Of a DNA stretch of 37,218 bases, positions 17,068-27,184 are shown piece by piece. This DNA is from a candidate division TA06 bacterium SM23_40 (GTDB lineage: Bacteria > LJUI01 > SM1-40), in the NCBI GenBank assembly GCA_001303705.1, contig LJUI01000009.1:1-37218 (forward strand), given 5' to 3'. A program made the translations under genes and the position numbers. Each line of letters opens with the position of its first letter. The first letter of the stretch is position 1. The notes beneath the pieces were generated by a model. It searched no databases. It worked only from the letters and a program-made list of their open reading frames with translations, and was not told where the DNA came from.

Positions 17068-19995
17068 CTACTTCAGCATAACCATCTTCCGTACGAGCGA
17101 CCGCGAGCCAGCCTCAAGTCGGTACAAGTATATCCCCGAGGAAACACGAGCACCACGGTCGTTCCGTCCGTCCCAGTGGACCGTATACACCCCCGCATCC
17201 TGGGGCTCATTCATCAGCTCGCGAACGAGCTGACCGGCGATGTTGTACACACGCAGACAGACCCGCTCGCCTCCCCTCGGAAGCGCATATGAGATCGTGG
17301 TCGACGGGCTGAACGGATTCGGATAATTCTGATTTAGCATGAAGGCATGCGGCCGCTCAGGATCGAACGGCGGCTCCTCGCTCACCTCAGTCACCAGCGC
17401 CAGCCACGTGAGCACCGAATCCATGAGCTCTGCCTTATGCATCGTCACCGGTGACGAGTCGTCAATCCATCCGAAGTCGAACCCGAAATAGATAAGCCTG
17501 TGACCCGTCGCCCCCGGACCGACCGAATCGACGTATGTGAGTGCAGCAACACCTCCGTCGATATCCAGATAGACGAGCCCTGTGTCCGCCCCGGCAAGCG
17601 GCTCGATCACGTCCTTCGATAGCTCCTGACAGACGAGTACGGTGTCGCCCAGGGGGCTGCCGGGCACACCCTCCAGCACATAGTTCGATGTCGTGCCCGA
17701 TACCAGATCAGCGTGCAGACGATCTGAGTAGAACGGCCAGGCACTGATCTCCTCACCGACGTTCGCTCCCGTGATGAACAGGCCGCCGCCGCCATCGAGG
17801 AACGCACCCAGCGCGAGAGTATCATCAGCAGTGACTGTACTCGTCGTCGCATCTCCCGTCAGCCAGACGACGATCGTGAACTTCGACAGCAAGACGTCAT
17901 CGGGAGACCCCTCTGTCTCCACCTCGTGCTCATCCCAGAGGAAGTTCTCGCGGTCGCCAAAGACCTGCTGGAAGGGCTCTTCATTGTCATCGCCGCCATC
18001 GTCATCGACCAGGAGAACATCAGGCCTCCCGATCCGCTGGACGAAGCTGTCTGTCTCGGCATAACCACCCGCTGCCGTCATGGCGAGATGGAACGTGATA
18101 TCCTCGCACTCTGCACCAGGAGCGACCTCGAACGCAAACGGATCGTCGAACGTCACCGTCGCATTGTGCAGCACCGGCAGAGCACGTGAGGCCATCGAAT
18201 CGGTGATCGTCACTGACGACGGGTTGCTCGAGTGGAGCGTCGCAGCGAACGAGTCTGCTTGCGCCCCCTGGTTCCTGACTGTCACCCAGAGATCGACAGC
18301 CTCACCAGGATCGGGGCGTTCATCTCCATTCCCGGACGAGTCATCGATCGTGTGATCGACATAGGAGATCAGCGGCTCCGCTGTGCCGAACCCTGTGAAT
18401 CCCCAGGCCTCACCCCAACACCACGTCCGCACGAAGTCGTTCCCGAGCTCACCCCGGCCATCCCCGCTCCAGTACCCCCAGCTGTTCTGGAAATAGAACA
18501 CACTATCCGGAGTACTGAACCCGACGAAGTCCCAGGCGTGGCCGCCGCGCGAGGTACAGAGTTCACACGGGTTACACAGACACCCATAACTCGACCAGCC
18601 ATCGCACCCGGGCTGGCCCTCACAGACACCTGATGCCGTGAGGAGGATGCCGTGATGGTACAGCGCGTCGCGCAGCCCGACCAGATCGAAAGTGTTCTGT
18701 ATGAAGAACGACGCAAGGAGGAAGTCATCTCCGCACGGCCCCTCGACGTCGGGGCAATCTCCTATGCATAACCCACTGCCACCGTTCGACATCGGACACC
18801 CCGGGTTGCAGCCGTACGGGGAGCACTCCTCCGTGCAGATACCGTCGATCGTGAGTAACTGGGGGGCATAGGAAGGCGAAGACCCCTCGCAGAACCCGAG
18901 CGGACAGGTGCCGCACTGAGCCCCGCTCGTCACGAGAGAGGAGAGGCAGGCTCCACCCTGCCCCGGGCAGCCGAATCCGCACCATCCCATGCGGCAGTCG
19001 GACCACCCGAGAACGCGCAGATGGTCATAGGCATTCTGCCGGCTGAGGACGGGCTCGATACAGACGCAGGAACCGTCCCCGTCCTTCTCGCAGAGACAGT
19101 CGTACAGCTCCGAGTCGCCGGTCCCCAGGTAGCAGAGACTGCCGCACAGCCACCAGTCGGCAACCGAGGAAACCGCATGGCCGGTGCACGATCCGTAGCT
19201 CCCCTGGTTCTTGATCGGCGGCATCACCGAGAGGGAAAACGCGGGAGGAGGCTGCATCGGGCTCTGCCACAACGAGGATGGCGTGGGCGCCCACTTCGCC
19301 TGCTCGTCCGCAAGCTGCTCATGGTCAGGACTGAGCAACGACCGAAGCGGCTGTTCCACAGGCGCCCGGGTCAGAAGCCGCGGATCGAGGCCATCCGGAG
19401 CGAGAATCGAGCTGACATCTGCACGGACCACATCGCCGTCCCGCGGTGAGGCCAGATAGAGGAGGTACCCATCCTCCTGGGAGAGTACGACCAGACGGGC
19501 CTCATCGCCGAACTCCTCGCCGGTCCACATCGATGCCACGGACTCCATCTCCTCCCAATCGCTGGCATCTATCTCATAGATCGGACGTCCGCCAGGACCC
19601 CAGTTCGGCGTGCCCACTGCCCTGCCGCTATACGGATCGAACTTGATGAACCCGCCGATAATGTCGCCCCTCTGGAGCGGGACCGCCCAGTACTTCGGCC
19701 CGACAGGACTGCAGAAAAGACGCGGCTTCCCCGCTCGGGCTCCGCTATAGAGAGCGAATAGCTCCTGCTGGATGATATCGCGCGGGTTCTGCGCCAGCAG
19801 GTGCTCGGCCCTCATGGCCCGCTCGGCGACATAGTCCTCCGCGATCGCCGCCATCTCGTCCGCTGAGAGCACCCCCTCTCCCAACTCGCCGAGCCACATC
19901 ACCTCGCTGCGAAACGGCTCGCGTGCTCCCTCTGCGCCAAGAGCACAACAGAATAGAATCAACAGACTCATCCCGACGGTCATTCTCGCTCTCAT
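17068..19995 (-). CDS. Secreted papain-like (C1) cysteine protease, Cys-rich, with FlgD-Ig/T9SS-like tail; copy 1 (975 aa)
   Basis: Signal peptide, PIKNQGSYGSCTGHA (oxyanion Gln and catalytic Cys), GGHAWDFVG (His), FYFQNSWG (Asn), and C-terminal NYPNPF..WDGRND..RKMVMLK. ATG 19995 follows AAGGAG. Confidence 0.88.
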   Translation of the reverse strand: MRARMTVGMSLLILFCCALGAEGAREPFRSEVMWLGELGEGVLSADEMAAIAEDYVAERAMRAEHLLAQNPRDIIQQELFALYSGARAGKPRLFCSPVGPKYWAVPLQRGDIIGGFIKFDPYSGRAVGTPNWGPGGRPIYEIDASDWEEMESVASMWTGEEFGDEARLVVLSQEDGYLLYLASPRDGDVVRADVSSILAPDGLDPRLLTRAPVEQPLRSLLSPDHEQLADEQAKWAPTPSSLWQSPMQPPPAFSLSVMPPIKNQGSYGSCTGHAVSSVADWWLCGSLCYLGTGDSELYDCLCEKDGDGSCVCIEPVLSRQNAYDHLRVLGWSDCRMGWCGFGCPGQGGACLSSLVTSGAQCGTCPLGFCEGSSPSYAPQLLTIDGICTEECSPYGCNPGCPMSNGGSGLCIGDCPDVEGPCGDDFLLASFFIQNTFDLVGLRDALYHHGILLTASGVCEGQPGCDGWSSYGCLCNPCELCTSRGGHAWDFVGFSTPDSVFYFQNSWGYWSGDGRGELGNDFVRTWCWGEAWGFTGFGTAEPLISYVDHTIDDSSGNGDERPDPGEAVDLWVTVRNQGAQADSFAATLHSSNPSSVTITDSMASRALPVLHNATVTFDDPFAFEVAPGAECEDITFHLAMTAAGGYAETDSFVQRIGRPDVLLVDDDGGDDNEEPFQQVFGDRENFLWDEHEVETEGSPDDVLLSKFTIVVWLTGDATTSTVTADDTLALGAFLDGGGGLFITGANVGEEISAWPFYSDRLHADLVSGTTSNYVLEGVPGSPLGDTVLVCQELSKDVIEPLAGADTGLVYLDIDGGVAALTYVDSVGPGATGHRLIYFGFDFGWIDDSSPVTMHKAELMDSVLTWLALVTEVSEEPPFDPERPHAFMLNQNYPNPFSPSTTISYALPRGGERVCLRVYNIAGQLVRELMNEPQDAGVYTVHWDGRNDRGARVSSGIYLYRLEAGSRSLVRKMVMLK

Positions 19996-20622
19996 CGCAG
20001 GTTTCTCCTTTCCCGTCTCCGTAGACCTATCGAGTTCTCGGAAGTAGCCATGCACGCCGCCGCCCCAAATCCTGGAATCCCTCCGGCCTCTCCGTGAGGC
20101 CGAAGCCAGGGGCAGAAAAAATGGGCAGGGAGCACCTCAGCCCCTACCCCATAGGTGTCAGATTGAAGAAAGACTGGCCGCGCCCGAATCGGCCAATACC
20201 CCACCCCCACCCTACCCTCCCCAACCCCCTTATCATACTAACCCCCGGCACGCTACTGTCAAGTCCCGGGTCGGCCGCACCCGGAGAGCCGCTTTCCCCG
20301 TAGGCTCGTCCAAACAGAGGATCCCCTGGGGGACTGGCCCTCAGGATGACACAGATCCCCGCAGCCCGTACACTGAGCCCGAAAACCGAGGATCGAGGGA
20401 GACCGTGACCCCGCCTATTATGGGACCCGCGACAGAATGAGTACCGGCACCCCACCCCTGCCCGTTGAGGATCGAAGAAGTGAAGGGACAGACGTCACCC
20501 AATCCCTCCCCACGGAGCAGAGCCGAAGAGAGAATACATCGGGTCAACATACCCCTACCCACGAGGCAGAGCCGGACATGTGGATCCGTACCGGTCACCA
20601 TACCCTTATGCAAACAGCAGCG

Positions 20623-20658
20623 CAAAAAGAACGGGTAGGGAGATCGAACTCCCTACCC
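20623..20658 (-). terminator. Intrinsic terminator after protease copy 2
   Basis: Perfect 10-bp stem GGGTAGGGAG/CTCCCTACCC with a 6-nt loop, followed on the minus strand by GTTCTTTTTG. Confidence 0.8.
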
Positions 20659-20726
20659 ATTGAGTGAACCAGTGGCCGTAGCCCGTATGTTGACGCGCTT
20701 GCGGTGGCGTCGCCCACGCCCTCGTT

Positions 20727-23648
20727 CTACTTCAGCATCACCATCTTCCGTACCAGCGACCGCGAGCCAGCTTCAAGGCGATAGAAATACACTCCTGAGG
20801 AGACCCGAGACCCACGGTCATTTCGTCCGTCCCAGTGGACCATATAGGCTCCTGCCTCCTGCGGCTCGTCGACGAGCTCACGGACGAGCTGGCCTGCGAT
20901 GTTGTAGACACGCAGGCACACCCGCTCACCGTTGCTGGGAAGCGCATACGAAATCGCCGTCGATGGACTGAACGGATTCGGATGGTTCTGCTTCAGCATG
21001 AAGACATGGGGACGCTCAGGATCGAACGGCGGCTCCTCGGTCACCTCAGTCACCAGCATCAGCCAGGTGAGAATCGAATCCATCAGCTCGGGTTTGTGCA
21101 TCGCTATCGGCGACTGATCATCGATCCAGCCGAAATCGAACCCGAAGTACACGAGCCGGTGACCCGTTGCCCCGGGACCCACCGAATCGACATAAGTTAT
21201 GGCCGCCACCCCGCCGTCCATGTCCAGATAGATGAGAGCCGTATCAGCCTCCGCAAGCGGCTCGATCACATCTTTCGATGACTGCTCACAGATCAAGAAC
21301 GTGTCACACAGAGCGCTCGTCGGCACACCGTCCAGCACATAGTTCGCCGTCGTGCCTGATACAAACCCGGCGTGGAGACGATCCGAGTAGAATGGCCAGC
21401 TGTTGATCTCCTCACCGATGTTGGCACCCGTGAGGAAGAGGCCGCCGCCTCCATCGAGAAACGAACCAAGAACAACCGTATCAGCGGCAGTGACCGTGTT
21501 GGCCGTCGCATCTCCTGTCAGCCAGACGATGATCGGAAACTTCGACAGCAGAACTTCATCGGGAGATCCCTCTGTCTCCACCTCATGTTCATCCCAGAGG
21601 AAGTCCACGCGCCCCTCGAATACCTCCTGAAACGCCTCCTCGTTATCCGCTCCGCCGTCGTCGTCGACGAGGAGCACATCAGGCCTGCCGATCCGCTGTA
21701 CAAAGCTATCGGTCTCGGCATAGCCGCCCGCCGCGGTCATGGCGAGGTAGAAGGTAATATCCTCACACTCCGCACCAGGAGCAACCTCGAAGGCGAACGG
21801 ATCGTCGAAGGCCGCCGACCAGTTGTGGAGCACCGGCAGCGCACGCGATGCCGTGGCATCGGTGATATTGACCGCCGACGGATTGCTGCAGGAGAGCGTT
21901 GCCTGTAGCGAGTCGGCCTGGGCACCTATATTCCTCACCGTGGCCCAGAGCTCGACTGTCTCCCCGGGATCCGGCCTCCCGTCGTTGTTCCCCGAGGAAT
22001 CGTCGATCGTGTGCTCATCATAATAGAGCTTGGGCTCAGTCGGAGTGAACCCCCAGAAGAGATACGCCGCAGTTCCGCACCACCGCCGCACATAGCTATT
22101 GCCAAGCTCACCACGGCCGTCGCCGCCCCAGTACCCCCAGCTGTTCTGGAAGTAGAACAGGCTATCCGGCGCATTATACCCGACCAAGTCCCAAGCGTGC
22201 CCCCCGCTTGGCCCACACGAAACGCACGGATCACACAGACAGCCATAACTCCCCCAGCCATCACATCCAGCCTGTGCGCCGTTACATACAGTGCTGCTGG
22301 CGAGGAGGATCCCGTGATGATAAATGGCATCCCGCAATCCCGGGATATCGTCTGTCGACTGTGTCGCATATCCCTGGAGGAGAAAGTCGTCGCCGCATGG
22401 CCCTTCGACGTCAGGGCAGTCCCCGGTGCACTGACCGCTCCCGCCGTTCGACATGGCACATCCCGGATCACATCCGTAATGAACGCACTCCTCCGTACAC
22501 AGCCCGTCGAGCACGAAGATCGGACCTGCGTACTGCGGCGAGGAACCCTCGCACCGGTCGCAGGTGCCGCACTCGACGCCGCTGGTCACAAGCGAGCTGA
22601 GACACGACCCTCCTACGCCCGGACAGCCCGGCTCACACAGCCCCTGACGGCAGTCAGCATTGCCAAGGTACCGAAGGCGGTCATAGGCATTCTGTCGGCT
22701 CAGTACCGGATCGACGCAGACACACGCACCGTCCGAATCCTTCTCACAGAGACAGTCATATAGCTCGGAGTCGCCTGTCCCCATGTAACAGAGACTGCCG
22801 CACAGCCACCAGTCGCCGCACGATGAGGTTGCGTGCCCTGTGCATGATCCGTACCCACCCTGATCCTTGATCGGCGGCATCACGGTCAGAGAAAAGACGT
22901 CCGGCTGCATCGAACCCCGCCGTGACGGTGGAGTCTCCGGGACCTGACGAACCTGCTCTTGCCCCATCGGTCCCTGGTCCAGGCCGAGTGACGATCGAAG
23001 AGATCGCTCCACTGGCGCCGTTGCCAACAGCCGCGGATCGAGACCCGTGGGAGCGAGGATCGAACTGACGTCAGCTCGCACGACCCCATCGCCGCTCGGC
23101 GACGCAAGGTAGACCAGGTACCCATCCTCTTGCTCCAGGATAACCACCCGTGTCTCGCCGCCGAACCGCTCTCCAGTCCACGCCGATGCGAACGACTCCA
23201 TCTCATCCCATTGACGACCGTCAATCGAATAGAGAGGCTCACCGCCCGCTCCCCAATTGGGAGTCCCCACTGCTTTTCCACTATACGGATCAAACTTGAT
23301 AAATCCCCCTATCGTATCTCCTCGCTGAAGTGGCACCGCCCAGTACTTCGGGCTGAGTGCGGTGAAGAAGAGCCGCGGCTTTCCTGCCCTGGCTCCGTTG
23401 TACAGATTGAATAGCTCGCTCTGGATGATGTCGCGTGGATTGGCCGCCAAAAGACGCCTGGCCTTCACAGCCCGTTCCTCGATATACTGCTGCGCCACTG
23501 CGGCGATTTCCTCGGTCGATAGCGCACCGTCATGGAGCTCGCCGAGCGACATCACCTCGGTGCGAAACGGTTCCCGTGCCCCCTGGGCACCTAAGGCACA
23601 ACAGAGGAGGATGAGCACGCTCACCCCGATGGCCATCCTGGTCCTCAT
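20727..23648 (-). CDS. Secreted papain-like (C1) cysteine protease, copy 2 (973 aa)
   Basis: IKDQGGYGSCTGHA, GGHAWDLVG, QNSWG. Collinear with copy 1. RBS AAGGAG. Confidence 0.88.
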   Translation of the reverse strand: MRTRMAIGVSVLILLCCALGAQGAREPFRTEVMSLGELHDGALSTEEIAAVAQQYIEERAVKARRLLAANPRDIIQSELFNLYNGARAGKPRLFFTALSPKYWAVPLQRGDTIGGFIKFDPYSGKAVGTPNWGAGGEPLYSIDGRQWDEMESFASAWTGERFGGETRVVILEQEDGYLVYLASPSGDGVVRADVSSILAPTGLDPRLLATAPVERSLRSSLGLDQGPMGQEQVRQVPETPPSRRGSMQPDVFSLTVMPPIKDQGGYGSCTGHATSSCGDWWLCGSLCYMGTGDSELYDCLCEKDSDGACVCVDPVLSRQNAYDRLRYLGNADCRQGLCEPGCPGVGGSCLSSLVTSGVECGTCDRCEGSSPQYAGPIFVLDGLCTEECVHYGCDPGCAMSNGGSGQCTGDCPDVEGPCGDDFLLQGYATQSTDDIPGLRDAIYHHGILLASSTVCNGAQAGCDGWGSYGCLCDPCVSCGPSGGHAWDLVGYNAPDSLFYFQNSWGYWGGDGRGELGNSYVRRWCGTAAYLFWGFTPTEPKLYYDEHTIDDSSGNNDGRPDPGETVELWATVRNIGAQADSLQATLSCSNPSAVNITDATASRALPVLHNWSAAFDDPFAFEVAPGAECEDITFYLAMTAAGGYAETDSFVQRIGRPDVLLVDDDGGADNEEAFQEVFEGRVDFLWDEHEVETEGSPDEVLLSKFPIIVWLTGDATANTVTAADTVVLGSFLDGGGGLFLTGANIGEEINSWPFYSDRLHAGFVSGTTANYVLDGVPTSALCDTFLICEQSSKDVIEPLAEADTALIYLDMDGGVAAITYVDSVGPGATGHRLVYFGFDFGWIDDQSPIAMHKPELMDSILTWLMLVTEVTEEPPFDPERPHVFMLKQNHPNPFSPSTAISYALPSNGERVCLRVYNIAGQLVRELVDEPQEAGAYMVHWDGRNDRGSRVSSGVYFYRLEAGSRSLVRKMVMLK

Positions 23649-23801
23649 CGCATGTCTCTCCTTTCTCCTGCCCGCAAACCTGTAAGAACTCCCGTCGCGA
23701 AGATGTAAGTGACTTCGTCATCGACGCTAACAAGAAACAAGCAGACCCATCCACCACCCCTTCGCCACTGGTCCTTGCCCGGGATCTGCCCTCTCCTGCC
23801 T

Positions 23802-23830
23802 AGCTTACCGGATCCGCCTGCGATTGTCAA
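23802..23830 (-). promoter_or_regulatory. Sigma70-type promoter of protease copy 2
   Basis: TTGACA-17 bp-TAAGCT. Confidence 0.65.
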
Positions 23831-24054
23831 CCATAATGAGCCACAAAAACTGAGAAAAAGTCCACACCTATCTGTTTCGGCAGCGACGGCTGCATCCATT
23901 TACAACACCGTAACTTCCGCCCCAGTTCCCCAGTACCGCCGGGACCGGACCGGGATCATCCCTGGCGAGATCCGGCCAGGGCAGATAGCCCCAGAACATG
24001 AATGGGCAACGCCCCGGATGCGGCGAGGGGAAAACCGGGCCTTGTCGGCCCCCC

Positions 24055-26982
24055 TCACTTCAGCATTACCATCTTGCGCGCCAGCGAACGCGAGCCAGCC
24101 TCAAGGCGGTAGAAATAGACCCCTGAGGAGACTTGAGACCCACGGCCATTTCGCCCATCCCAGCGGACCGTATACATTCCCGCATCGTGTGGCTGGTCGA
24201 CGAGCTCACGGACGAGCTGGCCCGCGATGTTGTAGACACGCAGGCAGACCTGCTCACCGCTGCTGGGAACCGCATACGAAATCACCGTCGACCCGCCAAA
24301 CGGATTGGGGGAGTTCTGCTTCAACAAGAAGACATGCGGACGCTCGGGATCGAACGGCGGCTCCTCGCTCACACCCGTCACCAGCATCAGCCATGTGAGC
24401 ACCGAATCCATCAACTCCGGCTTGTGCATCGCCACCGGCGACTGGTCATCGATCCACCCGAAGTCGAAGCCGAAGTACACCATCCGGTGACCGGTCGCAC
24501 CCCGCCCTACCGAATCGACATAGGTGATGGCCGCCACCCCGCCGTCCATGTCCAGATAGATGAGCGCCGTATCCGCCTCGGCAAGCGGCTCGATCACATC
24601 CTTCGACGGCTCTTCGCAGATGAGGAGCGTGTCACACAGAGCGCTCGTCGGCACACCGTCGAGCACATAGTTGGCCGTCGTCCCCGAGACAAACCCGGCG
24701 TGCAGCCGATCCGAGTAGAACGGCCAGCCGCTGATCTCCTCACCGATGTTTGCTCCCGTGAGGAAGAGGCCGCCGCCGCCATCCAGAAACGCACCAAGCG
24801 CGAGCGTATCGTCGGCAGTCACCGTGTTCGCCGTCGCGTCACCCGTCAGCCAGACCACAAGAGGATACCTCGACAGCAGCGCCCCATCGGGAGATCCCTC
24901 AGTCTCCACCTCGTGCTCATCCCAGAGGAAGTCCTCGCGATCCCCGAATACCTGCTGGAACGGCTCCTCGTTGATCGCCCCGCCGTCATCGTCCACGAGC
25001 AGCACATCCGGTCTGCCGATCCGCTGGACGAAGCTGTCGGTCTCTGCGTAGCCGCCCGCCGCCGTTATGGCGAGGTAGAACGTGATGTCCTCGCACTCCG
25101 CACCGGGATCGACCTCGAAGACGAAGGGATCATGGAAGGACGCCGTCTGGTTGTGGAGGAGGGGCAACTGACGTGATGCAGTAGAGTCGGTGATGATCAC
25201 AGCAGAAGGATTGCTCGATGAGAGTGTGGCCTCGACCGAATCGGCCTGCACGCCGGCGTTCTTGACCGTGACCCACAATTCGATCGTCTCTCCCGGATCA
25301 GGCCTGCCGTCGGCATTGCCAGATGAATCATCAACCGCATGCGCCATGTAGAATATCCTGGGTATCGTCGCATTGTATCCCTCGAATCCCCATGTCTCAC
25401 CGTAGCACCACCGCCGTATGAAGCTATTCCCCAGCTCGCCCCTGCCGTCGCCGCTCCAATATCCCCAGCTATTCTGGAAGTAGAAGAGGCTGTCGGGAGC
25501 GTTGTACCCGACGAGGTCCCAGGCGTGGCCCCCACGCGACGTGCACGCCTCGCACGGATCGCACAGGCATCCATAGCTTGACCAACCATCGCACCCCGGC
25601 TGTCCCAGGCAGACCCCGGAAGCTGCCAGGATGATACCATGATGATAGATGGCCTCCCGCAGCCCGGGTAGATCGTTTGTCGACTGGATGAAGTATGACC
25701 GGAGCACGAAGTCATCACCACAGTCTCCCGCCACATCCGGGCAGACGTCCGTACACTGCCCGCTCCCGCCGTTCGAGAGCGCACAGCCGGGATCGCACCC
25801 ATATGAGGCGCACTCTTCGGTGCAGAGACCATCGTTCAGGAATATATGTGGAGCATACACGGGATCTGACCCCTCGCAGTACCCGTACGGACAGGTCCCA
25901 CACTCGACTCCGCTCGTCACGAGGGAGCTGAGACAGGCACCACCCTGCCCGGGGCATCCCCCTGCGCACAGCCCCTGGCGGCAGTCGGCACCGCCCAGGT
26001 AGCGCAATCGATCATAAGCATTCTGCCGGCTCAGGATCGGATCGATGCACTCACACGAACCGTCCGGATCCTTCTCACAGAGACAGTCATACAGCTCTGA
26101 ATCGCCCGTGCCCAGATAACAGATGCTCCCGCAGAGCCACCAGTCCCCGACAGAAGAGACGGCATGGCCGGTGCACGATCCGTACCCTCCCTGATTCTTG
26201 ATCGGGGGCATTACCGAGAGCGAGAAGACATCGGGAGGTTGCATCGCGCCCTGCCACAGAGACAGGAGAGCAGGCGCGGTCTCCGCCTGCTCGTCAGCTC
26301 GCCGTTGGTGGTCAGGGCTGAGCAGCGAGCGAAGCGGCCGCTCGGCCGGCGCCTTCGTCAACAGCCGCGGATCGAGGCCGGTCGGTGCGAGAATCGAACT
26401 GACATCCGCCCTGACCACATCGTCGCCCCGCGGCGACGCCAGGTACAATAGATGCCCGTCCTCCTGCATCAGAACCAGGAGACGGGTCTCATCTCCGAAC
26501 CGCTCGCCCGTCCACAGGGTGGCGATCGACTCCATCTCCTCCCACTGACGAGCATCTATCGAATAGAGCGGTCGGCCACCTGCACCCCAGTTCGGAGTGC
26601 CCACCGCCTTCCCACTGTACGGATCGAACTTTATGAACCCGCCTATCGTGCCTCCTCTCTGTAGCGGCACAGCCCAGTACTTCGGACCCAGCTGGCTGAA
26701 GAAGAGCCGCGGTTTTCCTGCCCTGGCCCCGTCATACAGATTGAATATCTCGTTCTGAATAATGTCGCGCGGATCACCCGCCAACAGGCGCTCGGCCTTC
26801 AGCGCCCGCTCCTCGATATAGCGCTGCGCAACCCAAGCCATCTCGTCAGCCGACATCACCCCCTCCTGGAGCTCGCCGAGCCAGGTCACCTCGGCACGAA
26901 ACGGCTGCCGCGCTGCCTGAGCCCCCAGAGCATAACAGAACAGGATGAGCACCATCACCCATGCGGTCCACCTGGCATTCAT
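24055..26982 (-). CDS. Secreted papain-like (C1) cysteine protease, copy 3 (975 aa)
   Basis: IKNQGGYGSCTGHA, GGHAWDLVG, QNSWG. Start ATG 26982 chosen by alignment with the paralog signal peptides. Confidence 0.88.
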   Translation of the reverse strand: MNARWTAWVMVLILFCYALGAQAARQPFRAEVTWLGELQEGVMSADEMAWVAQRYIEERALKAERLLAGDPRDIIQNEIFNLYDGARAGKPRLFFSQLGPKYWAVPLQRGGTIGGFIKFDPYSGKAVGTPNWGAGGRPLYSIDARQWEEMESIATLWTGERFGDETRLLVLMQEDGHLLYLASPRGDDVVRADVSSILAPTGLDPRLLTKAPAERPLRSLLSPDHQRRADEQAETAPALLSLWQGAMQPPDVFSLSVMPPIKNQGGYGSCTGHAVSSVGDWWLCGSICYLGTGDSELYDCLCEKDPDGSCECIDPILSRQNAYDRLRYLGGADCRQGLCAGGCPGQGGACLSSLVTSGVECGTCPYGYCEGSDPVYAPHIFLNDGLCTEECASYGCDPGCALSNGGSGQCTDVCPDVAGDCGDDFVLRSYFIQSTNDLPGLREAIYHHGIILAASGVCLGQPGCDGWSSYGCLCDPCEACTSRGGHAWDLVGYNAPDSLFYFQNSWGYWSGDGRGELGNSFIRRWCYGETWGFEGYNATIPRIFYMAHAVDDSSGNADGRPDPGETIELWVTVKNAGVQADSVEATLSSSNPSAVIITDSTASRQLPLLHNQTASFHDPFVFEVDPGAECEDITFYLAITAAGGYAETDSFVQRIGRPDVLLVDDDGGAINEEPFQQVFGDREDFLWDEHEVETEGSPDGALLSRYPLVVWLTGDATANTVTADDTLALGAFLDGGGGLFLTGANIGEEISGWPFYSDRLHAGFVSGTTANYVLDGVPTSALCDTLLICEEPSKDVIEPLAEADTALIYLDMDGGVAAITYVDSVGRGATGHRMVYFGFDFGWIDDQSPVAMHKPELMDSVLTWLMLVTGVSEEPPFDPERPHVFLLKQNSPNPFGGSTVISYAVPSSGEQVCLRVYNIAGQLVRELVDQPHDAGMYTVRWDGRNGRGSQVSSGVYFYRLEAGSRSLARKMVMLK

Positions 26983-27124
26983 GGTTGCGATCCCCCCTAT
27001 ACTCCCGAAGACCCTGTTTGAGGATGCAGTATGCAACATCGATCCCTCCACAAGACCAGCAAGGGCAGATCCGTCAGCTGCCGCTCACGCGGGTACCTCT
27101 GCCCGGGACCTGCCCCTTGCCTCG

Positions 27125-27153
27125 ATATTATCGAATAGACGCTGAGGTGTCAA
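27125..27153 (-). promoter_or_regulatory. Sigma70-type promoter of protease copy 3
   Basis: TTGACA-17 bp-TAATAT. The downstream sequence resembles that of the copy 2 promoter. Confidence 0.7.
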
Positions 27154-27184
27154 GCCTTGTGAGCCAACAAGCGGCGCGAGGCGC

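Noticed and set aside
24055-24057. Genome-wide UGA reassignment (code 4/25) as the explanation for read-through
   Set aside because: Protease copy 3 ends in TGA exactly where copies 1, 2 and 4 end in TAG, and other genes (881, 3087, 10965) end normally in TGA.
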